NCBI GenBank assembly: GCA_013239625.1
Contig: MU053934.1
Location: 403,241 to 456,501 of the forward strand
Length of the DNA stretch: 53,261 nucleotides
Direction: 5' to 3'
Source of the DNA: Lama guanicoe
Taxonomy: Eukaryota
Part shown: one piece after another, positions 49,951-53,261 of the stretch
Position numbering within the stretch: the stretch's first letter is position 1
How the letters are laid out: each line of letters opens with the position of its first letter
Program-made: the position numbers and the translations under genes
Notes under the pieces: model-generated
The model's input: only the letters and a program-made list of their open reading frames with translations
The model's database searches: none
What the model was told of the DNA's origin: nothing

Positions 49951-52233
49951 AAGTTTTCTGTCACAATGTCCCAACAGTGAGCCGCCTCTGGTGGGCGGCA
50001 AGGAAGAAGGTTTTGAAAGGAGATGGTGAGAAAAGTCAGCAATTCCATTTTGGTTCGTCTCCCCGCGATGTGCTGACCATGTGTGGTTTGATCAGTGCTG
50101 CATTTATTTCAACACCATCCAACTGGCTGCAGACAAATGCACGTCTTTCTCTTCTGAGAGCCGCTTCCCATTATAGCAAATGAGAATCACAAAGATGAGC
50201 TCACATCCCAGCACAGGCCGCCAATGGCTAAGAGGGGCCTTCTCCATCAGAGCCTTGGAGAGAATGGGAGGGCTCCCCCTCAGGGGCACCCTCTGCGGTG
50301 CAGAGGCGGGAGCAGAAAGGTGAGGGCTCCGAGAAAGCAGCAGCAGTAGCTCCGAACAAGGGGAAGAGCATCAGGCTGGGAAAAAAGTCACAAGTTCAAG
50401 TTCCAGCTCTGCCGGCAGCCCAGCACGTGACCTGGGGCGAGTCAGTCTTGGCCTCATGAACACGAATATAATTATTAAACAACATGGTGTGATTCTGGAC
50501 TCCACTCTGGAGGGAGGAGGGGAGACTCTCGGTAAAGAATGGAGGATTAGTTTTAAAGAAAGGAAGTGATTCAGCAAATCGAGACAAGAGACCTGGGTCC
50601 CAGATCATTCTGCCCAGTGAACTTACCCCTCTTAGAAGTGTTTCTCAGAATGCACAGGCATAAACCCATGGCTTGGCCCTTCTCTGCCCTAAGGCACCAC
50701 CACCACAGCCCCTTCAAGACCCTACATCTGCCCGCATCCTGCTGATACTGCAGGCTGAAAGCAGACTGATAAAGAACTGTGACCTCCATTCTCAAGTAAG
50801 AATTTGAACATCTCCAGGAGATCCAGAATTGGCACACGAGGCCAGTTCCAGCTGAACGATGTTATGACTAATAAAGAAATGGGAGGGAGAAGGGGGAAAA
50901 CCAGCCACTCCTGGCTTCCTTTCCTCGTTGTCCTGACATGACTGGGGTGTTCCTTTCTCCTTGTCACCCTCCTACCAGTTGCTACAGGGAGACCTCCCGG
51001 GACCACCCCTGCCCTGTGGCACAGGCAGCCTGATTGTTTTACCGTGTGTCTATCAGTCAAGTACAGGGAACGCCCAAGTAAGTAGGAAAAGCATTCAAGC
51101 TAATGTAACAAAATTCATAAAGTCAAGTTTGGCTTGCCGGAGATGCTTTTTTCAATGTAACTTAGGAAGCCTCCAGGTGTTAACAGCTGGAAATGGTTAT
51201 CGCGCTCCTCTTGCTGCGGTTTATGGCTACACTGGCAGTGAACAAGTGAGATTTTCCAAGCTCCCAGGGCTCCGGGTACCTATGCATCACCCCCCGCCCC
51301 CAGCCACCCGCCTGCCCACCTTTCTCCAATAGCTCTGGCTTCCCAGCTCATCTTATTCCCTGAACCCAGTTCCTTGCAATCAAAGGGACTTAAAAAAAAA
51401 ATCAAGCTGCTTGGGGAAAAAAGGTGTCAATTTGTAAATTCCCTACTTGGCCCCGTCTACCTGCAAAGATCCAGAAAAGTCCGGGGGAAGGAAAAGAAGA
51501 GGATTTTTGTTTCTCTTTTTAGTTTCCAGCTGGAGCTGCCTCCCACAGGCGACCCACACACCCAACAGGCTGATTTCACTACTGTGATTTTAGTAGCACT
51601 GTGCAAACCTTGGGGGCATGCCCCCCCCATAAGGATCCACAGTGGTGGGCCCATCTGAGAAAGCCAGAGAGATGAGAATGAGGGAATCAGTGCACCCTTG
51701 GCTCTGAAAACATCTGCAGCATCGCTCAGCAGAGGCCCATCCAGTGGATATGGGCACACACGTGCATCCTGGACTGAGCCGTAGTCTTTGAGAGGAGGTG
51801 CTGAGAACAACGCAGCCCCAAACATCACCTAGTAGGATCTTAGGAAACACTTCTTTGACCGTTTCCCAGGGTGGATAACTCAGGACTCATCGACCACATG
51901 GCCTGGAGGAGAAAAAGTACTTTCAACTGAGCCTGGCACCGCAGTGGAATCAGCCTCCACAGATTCAAGAGACGTTGACCCTCCATGGAGCTGCCACTTT
52001 AAAAGGAATCTAGTTAACATGGCCGTGCGCCAGGCCCTGAATCTGTCTGCCAGGAGGCACACCACGGAAGGCAGCTGCAGTCGTGAAGGTGGACATAGAG
52101 GCCTGGATGGAGATGCCAGTCTGAGCCTACTTTCCTTGGTCTCACCAGGATGCCCGCCATGTGTCACACGCCTTAACCTAGACGTCGTGGGACGTGCCTT
52201 CTCAGTCACTGCCTCTCTCCAGGTGACTGTCAC

Positions 52234-52651
52234 TGTATTGGGCTTCTAGGGCTGCCACCACCAAGCACCCCAGACCGGGGGGCTTAAACAAACGAAATTA
52301 ACTTTCTCGCGGTTTCAGAGGCTGAAGTCCCAGATCAAGGCGATGGCAGCGTTTCTTTCTTCTGAGGCCTCTCTCCTTGGCCTGCAGACGGCCGTCTTCC
52401 CCTCGTGTCTTCACACGGTCCTTCCTCTGTCTGTGTCTGTGTTCCAGCCTCCACTTCTTATAAGGACAACAGTCAGACGGGATCAGGGCAGGCACACTGC
52501 CCAGAGTGGACAGCAGCCCTGCTGGACGTAACCTCATTTCACCTGAATTACCACTTTCAAGGCCCCATCTCCAAACACAGTCACATTCTGAGACACTGAG
52601 GGTTAGGATTTCAACATAAGAATTTTGGGGGGGACAACTCAACCCATCAGA
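52234..52651 (-). mobile_element. MLT1A0/B-like MaLR solo LTR
   Basis: tgtattgggcttctagggctgcc..ggcttaaacaa..tctgaggcctctctccttgg..ccatctccaaacacagtcacattctgag..aggatttcaacata. Perfect 5-bp TSD gtcac (52229-52233, 52652-52656). Confidence 0.9.
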
Positions 52652-53261
52652 GTCACCACCATCTGCATTACCACTGAGGAGCAGGAGACACACAGGAAGT
52701 AAATGACTTCTCAAAAGCCACACCAACTCGTTTGTGGCAGACCTAGGATTCAAACCCACATTTCCAGGCCTTTAAAAACATGATCCTTCTACTCCTAAAG
52801 AGCTGCCTCTGCCTAAGACCTGTGCTCAGGAGGGTTAACTAGCTTACCAGAGGGTCACAGATCTAAAAAGTGTGACACTGGGGACTCGCATCCAGGGTCT
52901 GTCTATCTTCATCCCCGGGAGTTATCCACGCAAGTATGCCAAGACTACTTAGGTGAAAAACGCCCTTCATTGAGCCAGTAACTGTTTACCATTATAACCC
53001 TTTCTCCTCTGTTCAGGGGTGTCCAGGCACCATGATGGGGCCGAGCTACCCACTCTCCAGGGCAGTGCACCAGTATTTAAAAAACCTCCATTACAAGCCA
53101 TTCAACTGTAGAATCACGACAACCCTCAGAAAGCCCTCATTTGATGGATGCCTTTTCTCCAAATTGAATTCCATGCTTCCTAAGAGCCTCTTGATGGTGC
53201 CTAATGGAAAACCTTGCATGTAACAGTTTGCTGATAAATATTTGTTGAATGTATGAATGGC

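Noticed and set aside
3139..53261. Remaining 60-160 aa ORFs in the six-frame track
   Set aside because: Lengths are as expected by chance, many start at non-ATG codons or lie in repeats, and none resembles a known protein or processed pseudogene.

Overview
Mammalian genomic DNA, almost certainly camelid (alpaca/llama/camel), judging by eight copies of the tRNA-Ala(AGC)-derived Vic-1 SINE. The whole window lies inside the LARGE1 gene (xylosyl-/glucuronyltransferase), on the minus strand. The only real coding sequence is one 302-bp exon (2575-2876) encoding the coiled-coil stem region ([15 protein letters not shown]...PVVEKCE), with canonical splice sites. The rest is intron filled with transposon relics: L1 3' fragments, two MER41-like ERV1 solo LTRs, MLT1/MLT2/MER21 LTRs, MER58/MER2/MER5/MER53/Tigger2/Charlie DNA transposons, MIR and L2. 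Repeat family names and the LARGE1 comparison come from recalled consensus sequences, not a database search, and old-repeat boundaries are approximate. I found no convincing previously undescribed biological system. The best leads are modest: three intronic CpG-rich patches (one with an octamer/GC-box/E-box module), MER41-like LTRs with decayed STAT1 (GAS) sites, two candidate poison-exon/recursive-splice signals, a CTCF-like motif and a templated inverted junction at an L1 5' end.
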